Made by a program: the position numbers and the translations under genes. Under the pieces are notes generated by a model. That model had not been told where the DNA came from. It saw only the letters and a list, made by a program, of their open reading frames with translations, and ran no database searches. A stretch of 63,117 nucleotides of DNA, the filler included, from Deltaproteobacteria bacterium (GTDB lineage Bacteria; Myxococcota; JACRCW01), in the NCBI GenBank assembly GCA_016218805.1. It is 4 parts of 4 records of this genome, joined end to end, with 100 filler letters (N's around TTAATTAATTAA, not from the genome) between each part and the next. Parts side by side here need not be neighbours in the genome. Positions count along the whole stretch, not along the records: positions 1 to 24,971 come from JACRCW010000019.1; 3 more parts are not named here. One strand, written 5' to 3'. Every line of letters begins with the position of its first letter. The stretch's first letter is position 1. Positions 9,170 to 17,466 of this stretch are shown here, one piece after another.

Positions 9170-10294
9170 TCAGGGTCCGTCGGTGGGCGGCCGGTACTTG
9201 AGCACCTTCTCCAGGCCCCGGCTGACCAGCACGCGGTTGCGCTCGTCCACCATGACGGCGTCCACCTGCGGCAGCCGCTCCACCAGCTTCATCCCCTTGT
9301 CCGGGCCCAGCACAAACACCGCGCGGCTCAGGGCTGCGGCTTCCATGCCCGTGGGCGCCAGCACTGTGACGCTGCGCACACCGCGCGCCGGGGTGCCGGT
9401 GCGCGGGTCCAGCACCGCGTGCACGCGGCGGCCGCGCTCGGTGAAACCCTGTTCGTAGTCGCCCACCGTAAACACGGCGCCGCCGGCCACCGGGACCGCC
9501 GCAAAGTGCCCCGGCCCGCGCGGGTCCTGCACGCCCACCGTCCAGCGGCGTCCCGCCTTGTGCCCGGAGACCACCAGGTCCCCGCCCGCAAACAGGATGG
9601 CGTCCCCAAAACCGCGCTGCCGCATGAGCGCCATGGCGCGGTCCAGCGCCAGGCCCCGGGGCATTTCCGCCAGGTTGAGGCGCATGCCCGGCTTGCCCAG
9701 CAGCCCGGTGGCGGCGGGTGCGTCCACCACCACTTGCCGGCAATCCACCAGCGGGGCGCGGCGGGCCAGCTCCTCGGCGGGCGGGGACTGGTTGAACCCG
9801 GGCGCATCAAACGGCCACAGCGGGTCATACGCGCCGGCGGTGGGGTCAAACGCCCCCTCCGTGAGGGCACACACGCGCTGCGCCTCCAGCAGCGCCTCCT
9901 GGACTTCCGGCCGCAGCGGCGTGGGGCGGGCGCCGGCCTGGCGCTGCATGCCCTCCAGGCCGCTGTCCGGTGCCCGGAAGCTCTCCAGCACGCGTGCATA
10001 CTCAATGAACGCTTCATCCGCCGCGGCGCGCGCCCGGTCCGCGTCCTCCGGCGTGGACATCACCAGCGCCTGCAGGGTCAGGTCCCCCACCTGCCGGCTG
10101 TGGCGCAGCACGCTGGGCGGGGGCGGCGGGACCGGCAGCGCCGCGGTGCTGGACGGCGGGCGGGATGACGAGGCGGCAACCGGGGCCACCGCGCTGGCGG
10201 GCGGCGGCGGTGCGGAAGTGGCGGCGTCCGGCACGCCGCCACCGGCGTCCGCGGCGGCGGCGCACCACAGCAGCAGAACGGGCGGGAGGGCCAT
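9170..10294 (-). CDS. apbE: ApbE-family FAD:protein FMN transferase, divergent active site
   Basis: TEGAFDPT, AGGDL, W.VGVQDPR, GDYE, H.VLDPRTG.P, SVTV.A; signal peptide plus Pro/Ser linker. Confidence 0.85.
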   Translation of the reverse strand: MALPPVLLLWCAAAADAGGGVPDAATSAPPPPASAVAPVAASSSRPPSSTAALPVPPPPPSVLRHSRQVGDLTLQALVMSTPEDADRARAAADEAFIEYARVLESFRAPDSGLEGMQRQAGARPTPLRPEVQEALLEAQRVCALTEGAFDPTAGAYDPLWPFDAPGFNQSPPAEELARRAPLVDCRQVVVDAPAATGLLGKPGMRLNLAEMPRGLALDRAMALMRQRGFGDAILFAGGDLVVSGHKAGRRWTVGVQDPRGPGHFAAVPVAGGAVFTVGDYEQGFTERGRRVHAVLDPRTGTPARGVRSVTVLAPTGMEAAALSRAVFVLGPDKGMKLVERLPQVDAVMVDERNRVLVSRGLEKVLKYRPPTDGP

Positions 10295-10383
10295 GCGGGC
10301 CCCGTGCAGTAGGTGGTGCCGGGGCGGGAGGGCAAGGTCCGGGATTGAAAGGCCCCGCAGCGGTGGCTATGGGCTGCTGCACC

Positions 10384-11694
10384 ATGCGCAGAATCGCCGT
10401 CGTCGCGGGCGCCGCCGCCCTGCTCGCCGCCTGCACCGGCCGCAGTTCCGGGCCGCAGTGCCAACTCAACTCAGACTGTCAGGAAGGCCAGACCTGCCGC
10501 GACGGACAATGCGCCGCCGGCTGCAGTTCCGACCGCGACTGCCCGACCAACACGCGTTGCCTGGAGGGCCAATGCGCCTTCCCCGTGGGGGACGGCGGCG
10601 CGGTCTCCGGGGACGCGGGCCGGCGCGACGGCGGCGGCGCCAGCAGCGGGTCCAGCCGGGCCTCCAGTTCGCGCGCGGGCGTGAGCAGCTCCGCGGGCGC
10701 AGGCAGCAGCAGCAGCGCGGCCGGTGCGGCGCAGGAAGAGGAAATCTGCAACGCGGCCACGCTGTGCGCGCCCGGGCTGGACTGCGTGAACCTGGGGGCG
10801 GGGTTGGGCGCACACTGCCTGACGCCGTGCGCCCCCGCGGCGGACGGCGGCACGGTCCAATCCACCTGCCGCGTGGAGCAGAAGTGCCTCCCCGCCACCA
10901 CGGAGGGCGGCTACTGCCTGCGCATGGCCGCGCGGGACCAGATGTGCACCGACCCGCTCACCGGCGCGGTGGACCCCATGCTGCTGTGCGAGCCCGGCCT
11001 CACGCGCCTCGTCGACGATCCCGCCGACCCGACCATCTGCGGGTGCAAGCTGTTGTGCTCGCTGGGGTCCTGCCCGGGCGCGGCGTGCGAATGCGCCACC
11101 GGGGAATCCTGCATCGCCGGCGTCGTCAACAGCGCCACGCAGGGCGCGTGCGGCACGCCGCTGCAGCCGTGGGACATGTGCGACAATCCGTTTGATTACC
11201 CGTTCAGTTCCTCCGAATACTGCGTGGTGCCGGCGAGCGTGACGTCATCCAACAAGCCCATCCCGCAATGCTGGTATCCCAACTTTGATTTCACCAATTT
11301 CCAGTCCTACTGCCAGTTGCTGTGTGACTACCCCGGCTACGTCACCAACGCGGCCTGCCCCATGGGGATGCTGTGCCTGCCCGCCAGCGAAGACGCGTGG
11401 GGCCCGGACGTCCGCACCTGCCAGATACCGGGGATGTTCCAGGATGCGGGCCCCAACCCGTTTGACGCGGGGTCACCGGACGCAGGACGGGATGCCGGCG
11501 TCACGGACGCGGGACGCGACGCGGGCACCACGGACGCGGCGGTGACGGACGCAGGACGCGATGCGGGTCCCGCGGACGCGGCGGTGACGGACGCCGCGGT
11601 GACGGACGCAGGACGGGATGCCGGTCTCGCGGACGCCGCAGTGACGGACGCCGCGGTGACGGGCGCCACGGATGCCGCACGCGATGCAGGGTGA
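10384..11694 (+). CDS. Cys-rich lipoprotein with Ser linker and C-terminal DAG/DAAVT repeats
   Basis: MRRIAVVAGAAALLAAC lipobox; two CxxxxDCxxxxxCxxGxC modules; many Cys; low-complexity acidic tail. Confidence 0.85.
   Translation: MRRIAVVAGAAALLAACTGRSSGPQCQLNSDCQEGQTCRDGQCAAGCSSDRDCPTNTRCLEGQCAFPVGDGGAVSGDAGRRDGGGASSGSSRASSSRAGVSSSAGAGSSSSAAGAAQEEEICNAATLCAPGLDCVNLGAGLGAHCLTPCAPAADGGTVQSTCRVEQKCLPATTEGGYCLRMAARDQMCTDPLTGAVDPMLLCEPGLTRLVDDPADPTICGCKLLCSLGSCPGAACECATGESCIAGVVNSATQGACGTPLQPWDMCDNPFDYPFSSSEYCVVPASVTSSNKPIPQCWYPNFDFTNFQSYCQLLCDYPGYVTNAACPMGMLCLPASEDAWGPDVRTCQIPGMFQDAGPNPFDAGSPDAGRDAGVTDAGRDAGTTDAAVTDAGRDAGPADAAVTDAAVTDAGRDAGLADAAVTDAAVTGATDAARDAG
11478..11691 (+). repeat. Imperfect coding tandem repeats (DAGRDAGxxDAAVT)
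   Basis: Recurring gacgcaggacgggatgccgg and gacgccgcggtgacg units, in frame, with no unique spacers. Confidence 0.8.
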
Positions 11695-12505
11695 CGCGGC
11701 GCTCCCGCTGGAGCACCTGCGCGCGCGAACGTACGACGGGGTGGACCTTCCGGTGGACGTGCGGGGCAACGGTCCGGGGGTCATCTTCATCAACGGGCTC
11801 ACGCAGACCACGGCGCACTGGCGGACACAATTGCGCCTGTTTGCGGAGGCCGGCTGGCGCGCGGCCGCGTATGACGGGCGCGGCCAGGGCGAGGTCCCCG
11901 CGCCGGAAGCGCTGACGCGTGAGCACCACGCGCGGGATCTCGCGGCGGTGCAGGACGCGCTGGGGTGGGAGAAGTGCCACGTGGTGGGGTTTTCGCACGG
12001 GTCACGCGTGGCCATTGCGCATGCGCTGCGGTTCCCGGCGCGCGTGGACCGGCTGGTCCTGGTGGCGCCCTCCGGCGGGCTGAACGCGTCACGGCGTCTG
12101 GTGGTGCAGGGCTGGCGCGAATTGGCCGACAAGCTGGGGCCGGAGTCCCTGGCGCGGCAGAGCCTCCCGTGGATCCTGTCAGACCGCTACCTGGAAGCAC
12201 ACGCGGCGGAGATTCCGCTGATGGTGAAGGCGGCCGTGCGGCGCAACCGTCGCGAGGGAATCCTGGCCATGCTGGACGGCCTGCTGCGCGATCCGGGCAC
12301 GCCCGACGAGCTGGAGCGCATCACCGCGCCGACGCTGTTGATGACGGGATCCGAGGACCGGTTTTCGACCCCGGCGATTGTGCGGACGCTGATGTCACGC
12401 ATTCCGCGGGCGAAGCTGGACGTGGTGGAAGGTGCCGGTCACACGGTGGCCATTGAGATGCCGGACATCTTCTTCCTGCGCGTGGACGCCTTCCTCCGCG
12501 GGTAA
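11684..12505 (+). CDS. Alpha/beta fold hydrolase (enol-lactonase/aminoacrylate hydrolase-like)
   Basis: YDGRGQG, GFSHG nucleophile elbow, GSED, GAGH catalytic His; start could also be 11672. Confidence 0.92.
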   Translation: MQGDAALPLEHLRARTYDGVDLPVDVRGNGPGVIFINGLTQTTAHWRTQLRLFAEAGWRAAAYDGRGQGEVPAPEALTREHHARDLAAVQDALGWEKCHVVGFSHGSRVAIAHALRFPARVDRLVLVAPSGGLNASRRLVVQGWRELADKLGPESLARQSLPWILSDRYLEAHAAEIPLMVKAAVRRNRREGILAMLDGLLRDPGTPDELERITAPTLLMTGSEDRFSTPAIVRTLMSRIPRAKLDVVEGAGHTVAIEMPDIFFLRVDAFLRG

Positions 12506-12510
12506 CGGCC

Positions 12511-14649
12511 TCACGGATCACACGTGATCACGTCCAGAATCCCGGCCGCCGCACCCGTGCGCAGCAGGATGTCCACCTGCTGTTCCTGGCGCGTCCACAC
12601 GCACGCGCTGTGCGTGCGCATGAGATAGCCAAACTTGTAGATCGTCGGATTCTCAAACCGCTCCACCATGCGCTGCGCGTCGTAGCGGTAGTGCAGCTCG
12701 CGGGACGCGATGACGGCGGATGCCAGCCCGGTGATGCGCGCCGCTTCCGCCTGGAACGACGCGTACGCATGCCCGCCCGCCGCCACGTCCAGGACGGCGC
12801 GGTACAGCGCCACGGTGTGCTCCGCGCGCAGCCGGTCAATGGTGAAGCCGTCCAACAGCTCCGCGCACCAGTCCGCCATGGAGCCGCTCATGCGCGCGCA
12901 GGTCTGCTGCAGCGCGTCCTCCATGGCGTGCGCTTCGGCGGCAAAACCCGCCAGCGGCGTCACCACGGTGCGCTCAAACTCCGCGCGGGCCGCTGCGTCC
13001 ATGGCCATGACGTCTTCAAACGGCGTACGGAACGGGTGGCTGTAGTACCCGCTGATGTACCCCAGATCGATCACTGCATCCTCACCGCACAGGTACGCAA
13101 CCAGGCGCCCGTCAAAGATCACGCGCGTGTGCAGGGCGGTGAAGCGCGTGAGCAGGTCAGCCACCTCAGCGGCGCAGGTGCCGTAGATGCGCGTGACCTC
13201 CTGCAGGAAGGATTCAAACGCGTCTGCCGGCCGCCACAGCACCTTGGCGGCGAGATAGTCCGTCATCCAGTAGTTCCACTCGCGGCCCGACGAGAACATG
13301 ATGTGCCCGTCCAGCGGGGGCAGCCCCGCGGCACGCGCATCCGCCTCCAGGTTGTGGATGTCCAGCCAGCGGCTGTGGAGGTATTCGGGCAGGAAGATGG
13401 GAACGTCCACGTCCGCGGTGATCCAGTACGCGCTCTCCGGGAAATACCGTCCTTTGCGCACGGGCAGCTGCGAAAACAGGAAGTCCTTCTGGAAGCGGAA
13501 GTCCGGGTGCCCGTAGGTCCCCTGGTCGCGGTAGACGTCAAAGAAGAAGATCGTGTGCACGTTGGCCCCCAGGCGCGGGTCGGCAAACTGCACCAGGTGG
13601 TAGAAGAACACCGTGTCGCCGTCGTAGTCCACGTAGAGGTTCTCGTAGTTGCCCACGTGGACCTGCAGGAACAGCTCGGTGCCGGGCGCCTGCTGCGCCA
13701 CGTAGGAAACTGCGTGATTCATCCAGTCCACCACCGCGTGCGGGTCGGTGGCGATGAACTCGCCCATGGCCAGGTCCAGCCCGTCCCACCCCATGGCCAG
13801 CACCCGGTCCAACCCCGCCTCCATCTGCGCCCGCCAGTCACCGGAGGCGTCCGGCACCAGGATCTCGTTGTTCTGCAGCGACGACGCGCCGAACATCTGC
13901 ACCACCGCGGACACGCGCACCCCGCGCCGGTGCGCGTGGGCGATGATCGCACGGACGTGATCTGGGAACGTCTCCCAGTCCACCGTGCGCAGCAGCGTGA
14001 ATTGCAGTTGGTTCTGCCCGCTGCGCGCAATCCAGTCCACGTACGCCTTGGCGTCTGCCAGGTTGTCCGCGGAGGGGACCAGCAGCGTGGGCATGGTCTC
14101 AATGGGGTGCAGCACGTGCTCCTGGATCCCGCGCACCCGGAATGGCGTGTGCCGGTGAACATCCAGCACCCGCGGGAGGTGCAGCCCGTCAGGCGGAGGC
14201 ACGTAGGTGTCACGCGGGTGTAAGAAGCGGACACCCAGTTCCTCCAGCAGCGCAAACACCGCAGCGGGCAGTTGCGATGCGTCCCGCGCCCACACGGTGA
14301 CGTCGCCGTCCGCTTCCCGGCGCAGCACGTAATCATCCTCCGCCGCACCCGCCGCGTCCGCCGCCGTGGTCAGACGGATGACCGTGCCCGCCGGGCGCGC
14401 ACCCCCTTCCACGACGGGAATCGCCACGCCCGTGAGCCGCTCCAGGAAATGCACCAGGTCATCCCGCGCCAGCGCCACCGGGCCGTCCGCGGGCTGCTCA
14501 AACCACGCCGTCACGGTGGCCGGGTCCACGCGTTCGGTGTCAACGGCGTACGGCTCGCACCGGGGCGCGTCACCACCTCCGTCACCGGGCGGGCACGCGC
14601 ACAACCACACGGCGCAAAGCAGCGGCCAGGCCGGGGGCGTGCGGTTCAT
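12511..14649 (-). CDS. Large lipoprotein, glycoside-hydrolase-like (GH20/GH67-type N domain plus probable TIM barrel)
   Basis: Lipobox LCAC; EDDYVLR...AVFALLEELGVRF.HP and TPFRVRG patterns; ATGA overlap with thiE; family uncertain. Confidence 0.6.
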   Translation of the reverse strand: MNRTPPAWPLLCAVWLCACPPGDGGGDAPRCEPYAVDTERVDPATVTAWFEQPADGPVALARDDLVHFLERLTGVAIPVVEGGARPAGTVIRLTTAADAAGAAEDDYVLRREADGDVTVWARDASQLPAAVFALLEELGVRFLHPRDTYVPPPDGLHLPRVLDVHRHTPFRVRGIQEHVLHPIETMPTLLVPSADNLADAKAYVDWIARSGQNQLQFTLLRTVDWETFPDHVRAIIAHAHRRGVRVSAVVQMFGASSLQNNEILVPDASGDWRAQMEAGLDRVLAMGWDGLDLAMGEFIATDPHAVVDWMNHAVSYVAQQAPGTELFLQVHVGNYENLYVDYDGDTVFFYHLVQFADPRLGANVHTIFFFDVYRDQGTYGHPDFRFQKDFLFSQLPVRKGRYFPESAYWITADVDVPIFLPEYLHSRWLDIHNLEADARAAGLPPLDGHIMFSSGREWNYWMTDYLAAKVLWRPADAFESFLQEVTRIYGTCAAEVADLLTRFTALHTRVIFDGRLVAYLCGEDAVIDLGYISGYYSHPFRTPFEDVMAMDAAARAEFERTVVTPLAGFAAEAHAMEDALQQTCARMSGSMADWCAELLDGFTIDRLRAEHTVALYRAVLDVAAGGHAYASFQAEAARITGLASAVIASRELHYRYDAQRMVERFENPTIYKFGYLMRTHSACVWTRQEQQVDILLRTGAAAGILDVITCDP

Positions 14650-15251
14650 TGCGCCGCCTGTGCCAACGCCCGCGCCGCCTGCTCCGGGTCCGCCGCGTGC
14701 GCCAGCGCCCCAATCACCGCCACATGCGTGGCCCCCGCGCGCCGGCACGCGCCTGCATTCTCCACGGTGATACCGCCAATGGCGACGACAGGACGCCCGG
14801 CCGCGAGCGCCGCGACCTCCCGCAACACCTCCACGCCGGTAACCTGCGCATGCCCGCTCTTGGTGCCGCTGGGGAACACGGGGCCGTACGCCACCACGTC
14901 CGCCCCCGCCGCCACCGCCTCGCGCACCTGCCCCAGGTCATGCGTGGACACTCCAATGCGCTGCCCCGGCCGCAGCACGCGCCGCGCGTCAGCGACGGGC
15001 AGGTCCTCCTGGCCCACGTGCAGGCCATCGGCTTGGCAGAGCACGGCCAGGTCCGCCCGGTCATTCATCCACAACTGCGCGCAGCCACGCGTCAGCTCCC
15101 GCAGCGCGCGCGCCAGCGCCAGCGTTTCCCCGTCCGGCAGGCGCTTTGCCCGCAACTGCACCCACGCCGCACCACCCCGCAGCACCGCGTCCGCCAGCGC
15201 GAGCACGTCCCCACGCGGAGCCACCTCCGGGTCCAGCAGCGCGTACAGCAC
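14646..15251 (-). CDS. thiE: Thiamine-phosphate synthase
   Basis: VQLRAK, NDRADLA, GLHVGQED, IGVSTH, GPVFPS.TK, VAIGGI; GTG start after GGAG. Confidence 0.95.
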   Translation of the reverse strand: MLYALLDPEVAPRGDVLALADAVLRGGAAWVQLRAKRLPDGETLALARALRELTRGCAQLWMNDRADLAVLCQADGLHVGQEDLPVADARRVLRPGQRIGVSTHDLGQVREAVAAGADVVAYGPVFPSGTKSGHAQVTGVEVLREVAALAAGRPVVAIGGITVENAGACRRAGATHVAVIGALAHAADPEQAARALAQAAQ

Positions 15252-15330
15252 GGTCTCCTCCGGCGCGGCGTCATGGTGCGCGGCATCAGAAAGCGTTAGA
15301 TGGGCCCACCGGTCAAGCGGAGGAGCAAAC

Positions 15331-15942
15331 GTGGTGGTCAGTCACGCGTGGAAGGTTCGTGGAGCAGTGGTGGGGATGTGCATGGTGCTGGGCGCGGGAT
15401 GCCAGCAGCGGACGCCCACGGCGCAGGCCTCCCAGCCGGGCAAGCCCCCGTCGTGGGGCCAGGGCTTCGGCACGCAACAGCCCTCCGCGCCCACGGGGTT
15501 GCAGCCCGCCGCGCCCCTCGCCGCGCCGGTGGCTGGGGAACTGGCGGCGCGCGGCCTGCCCATGGCCCCCATGGGCGGCGGCGGCGGCGGGATGCCCAGT
15601 GACGCCGTTCACGGCGGCGCCGGCGGCGAACAGCGCGCGCAGCCCGCCGGCCGCATCGGCAACTCCGGCACGGACTGGGGCGGGGGCGACGTGGAACTGG
15701 GACGGCGCACGTTCGGGAACATGTGCGCGCGCTGCCACGGCATGAACGGCAAGGGCGGCCTCAACAACGAAGCCGGCAAGGTCCCCGACCTGACGACGGC
15801 GGAGTTCCAGGACCGCATGGGCGACGCGCAGATTGCCAGCCAGGTGGCCCACGGCAAGGGCAAGATGCCGTCCTTCATGGACAAAATGAACGGCGAGGCC
15901 CTGCGCGGCGTGGTGGCGTACATCCGCTCGCTGCGGCAGTGA
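15331..15942 (+). CDS. Monoheme cytochrome c lipoprotein (c6/c553-like)
   Basis: GGAGGAG RBS then GTG; lipobox-like GAGC; Pro/Gly linker; CARCH heme motif; GKGKMPSF distal Met. Confidence 0.88.
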   Translation: MVVSHAWKVRGAVVGMCMVLGAGCQQRTPTAQASQPGKPPSWGQGFGTQQPSAPTGLQPAAPLAAPVAGELAARGLPMAPMGGGGGGMPSDAVHGGAGGEQRAQPAGRIGNSGTDWGGGDVELGRRTFGNMCARCHGMNGKGGLNNEAGKVPDLTTAEFQDRMGDAQIASQVAHGKGKMPSFMDKMNGEALRGVVAYIRSLRQ

Positions 15943-16014
15943 CCACGCTGGGAGCCGGAGGTTTGGTGCCTCCAGGCGTTGATTCCCGCACGGATCAAGC
16001 ACCCACCAAGCCCG

Positions 16015-16185
16015 GGCTCGGCGGAGCCTCGCCCTCCCGACGGTGTCCTCATCGATGGAGCCCCATGGGGCGGCGGGCCCGCGACAGCGCGTAAGCCGTA
16101 CAGGGATCGATCCCAGCCTCGGCGTAGCCTCCCCCTCGCGGGGGGAGGCGGCTTGCCGACGTCAGTCGGCAAGCGGTGGGGGGGC
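16015..16185. repeat. Cluster of palindromes / REP-like elements between convergent genes
   Basis: ggctcggcggagcctcgccctccc (16015-16038); stems gcctccccc/gggggaggc (16127-16149) and gcttgccgac/gtcggcaagc (16151-16174); palindromes ccccatgggg and gggatcgatccc. Confidence 0.65.
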
Positions 16186-16252
16186 GAAGCCCAATGCGCC
16201 TGGGGAGACAGCACCGCGGCCCTGACGCTGCCACCGGTTGTTCAACGCAACT

Positions 16253-16888
16253 TCAGCGCACGCGCTTGCGGCGCCCCTTGGCCTTGGGCTCATCCGGGAT
16301 GCCCTGGTCATGCAGCATGGCGTTCCACGTCACCAGCATGGACAGTTGCGTCTGCCAGGTGCCGAAAAGCATCCAAGCGCCGTAGGCCAGTACCATCGGC
16401 ATGTACCAGAGGTAGAACCCCAATCCCGGTGGACAGGTCACCCCCAACAGGATCCAGGCGCCAAAGATGGCCAGCGTCCCACCGACCTGGATGCCCCACC
16501 GGAACAGCGCGGTCTTCAGCAACTCGCGGACGTCCACGTCAGGAGCCGGTTTCACCATGAAATAGGGTGACCAGAAGGTGGAACTGGGCACGAACACCCC
16601 GCCCAGGATGTACGTCCACTTGAAATCCTCCAGTTGCGGGTGCAGGTCGTCCGGGAACCACCACGGCATGTAGCGGTCAAGGAACCCCAGGGACTGCAAC
16701 TCCCCGCCGTCGCTGCCGTCGTTGTCGCCGGTGTCGCGGCGCGGCGGCGCGTTGTCGTCGTCATTATCCAGCCCGGGCGAGGGATACTCCTCCACGGCCG
16801 GCGGGGCGGCGGGAGCCGCGGGCGGCGGGGGATCGGCAGGCGCCTGCAGCAGGACAATGGCGACGGAGAACGCGACCGGTCCGAGCAT
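16253..16888 (-). CDS. Hypothetical membrane protein
   Basis: GGAGG RBS; N-terminal hydrophobic segment; acidic/Pro linker; 2-3 TM segments; basic tail. Confidence 0.7.
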   Translation of the reverse strand: MLGPVAFSVAIVLLQAPADPPPPAAPAAPPAVEEYPSPGLDNDDDNAPPRRDTGDNDGSDGGELQSLGFLDRYMPWWFPDDLHPQLEDFKWTYILGGVFVPSSTFWSPYFMVKPAPDVDVRELLKTALFRWGIQVGGTLAIFGAWILLGVTCPPGLGFYLWYMPMVLAYGAWMLFGTWQTQLSMLVTWNAMLHDQGIPDEPKAKGRRKRVR

Positions 16889-16920
16889 GTTCCACCTCCC
16901 GGCCCGCCGGGGCGGGCGTG

Positions 16921-17466
16921 TCAGAAGATCTTTTTCAGCTTGCGTTGCAGCGTGCGCCGGTCAATCCCCAGCAGCCGCGCCGCGCGCGCCACCACGCCGT
17001 CGCTCTGCTTGAGGGCGGCCTTGATGGTGTCGCGCTCCAGTTCGTCCAGGTTGTAGGACAGCGGCGTGGCCGGCCCGCCGCCGGAGGAGGGGCGCTGCTT
17101 GTGCAGCAGCTCCGTGGCCACCTTCAGCAGGTGGTCCGCGTCCACCGGCTTGGTCAGCAGCGTGTCCGCGCCCTCCTTCACCGCCTCCACCGCCAGCGGG
17201 ATGTCCCCAAACCCCGTCAGCATGATGATCACCGCGTCCGCGCGCACCCGGCGGAAGCGCGGGATGGCGGCCAGGCCGTTTTCGCGCGGCATGCGGTAGT
17301 CCACGGTGACCATGTCCACCGCGCTGTCCTCCAGCGCAAACAGACCCTCCTCCACCGTGGCCGCCGTGCGCGCGGTGACCCCGCGGCGGCGGAGCGCGCT
17401 CTGCAGCGTGGTGCGGAACGCGTCGTCGTCGTCCACCAGGAGCGCGGTTTCAATCCTGCGCGTCAT
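16921..17466 (-). CDS. regA: RegA/PrrA-family response regulator
   Basis: LLVDDD, DYRMP, LTGFGDI..AVEAVK.GA, KPVDAD; C-terminal AARLLGIDRRTLQRKL.K HTH. Confidence 0.9.
   Translation of the reverse strand: MTRRIETALLVDDDDAFRTTLQSALRRRGVTARTAATVEEGLFALEDSAVDMVTVDYRMPRENGLAAIPRFRRVRADAVIIMLTGFGDIPLAVEAVKEGADTLLTKPVDADHLLKVATELLHKQRPSSGGGPATPLSYNLDELERDTIKAALKQSDGVVARAARLLGIDRRTLQRKLKKIF

Noticed and set aside
11478..11691. Short repeats as a CRISPR array
   Set aside because: In-frame degenerate coding repeats with no unique spacers and no cas genes.
15252..15330. TPP riboswitch upstream of thiE
   Set aside because: Only about 80 nt, shared with a divergent gene, and no CTGAGA / ACCTG..TAATG motifs.
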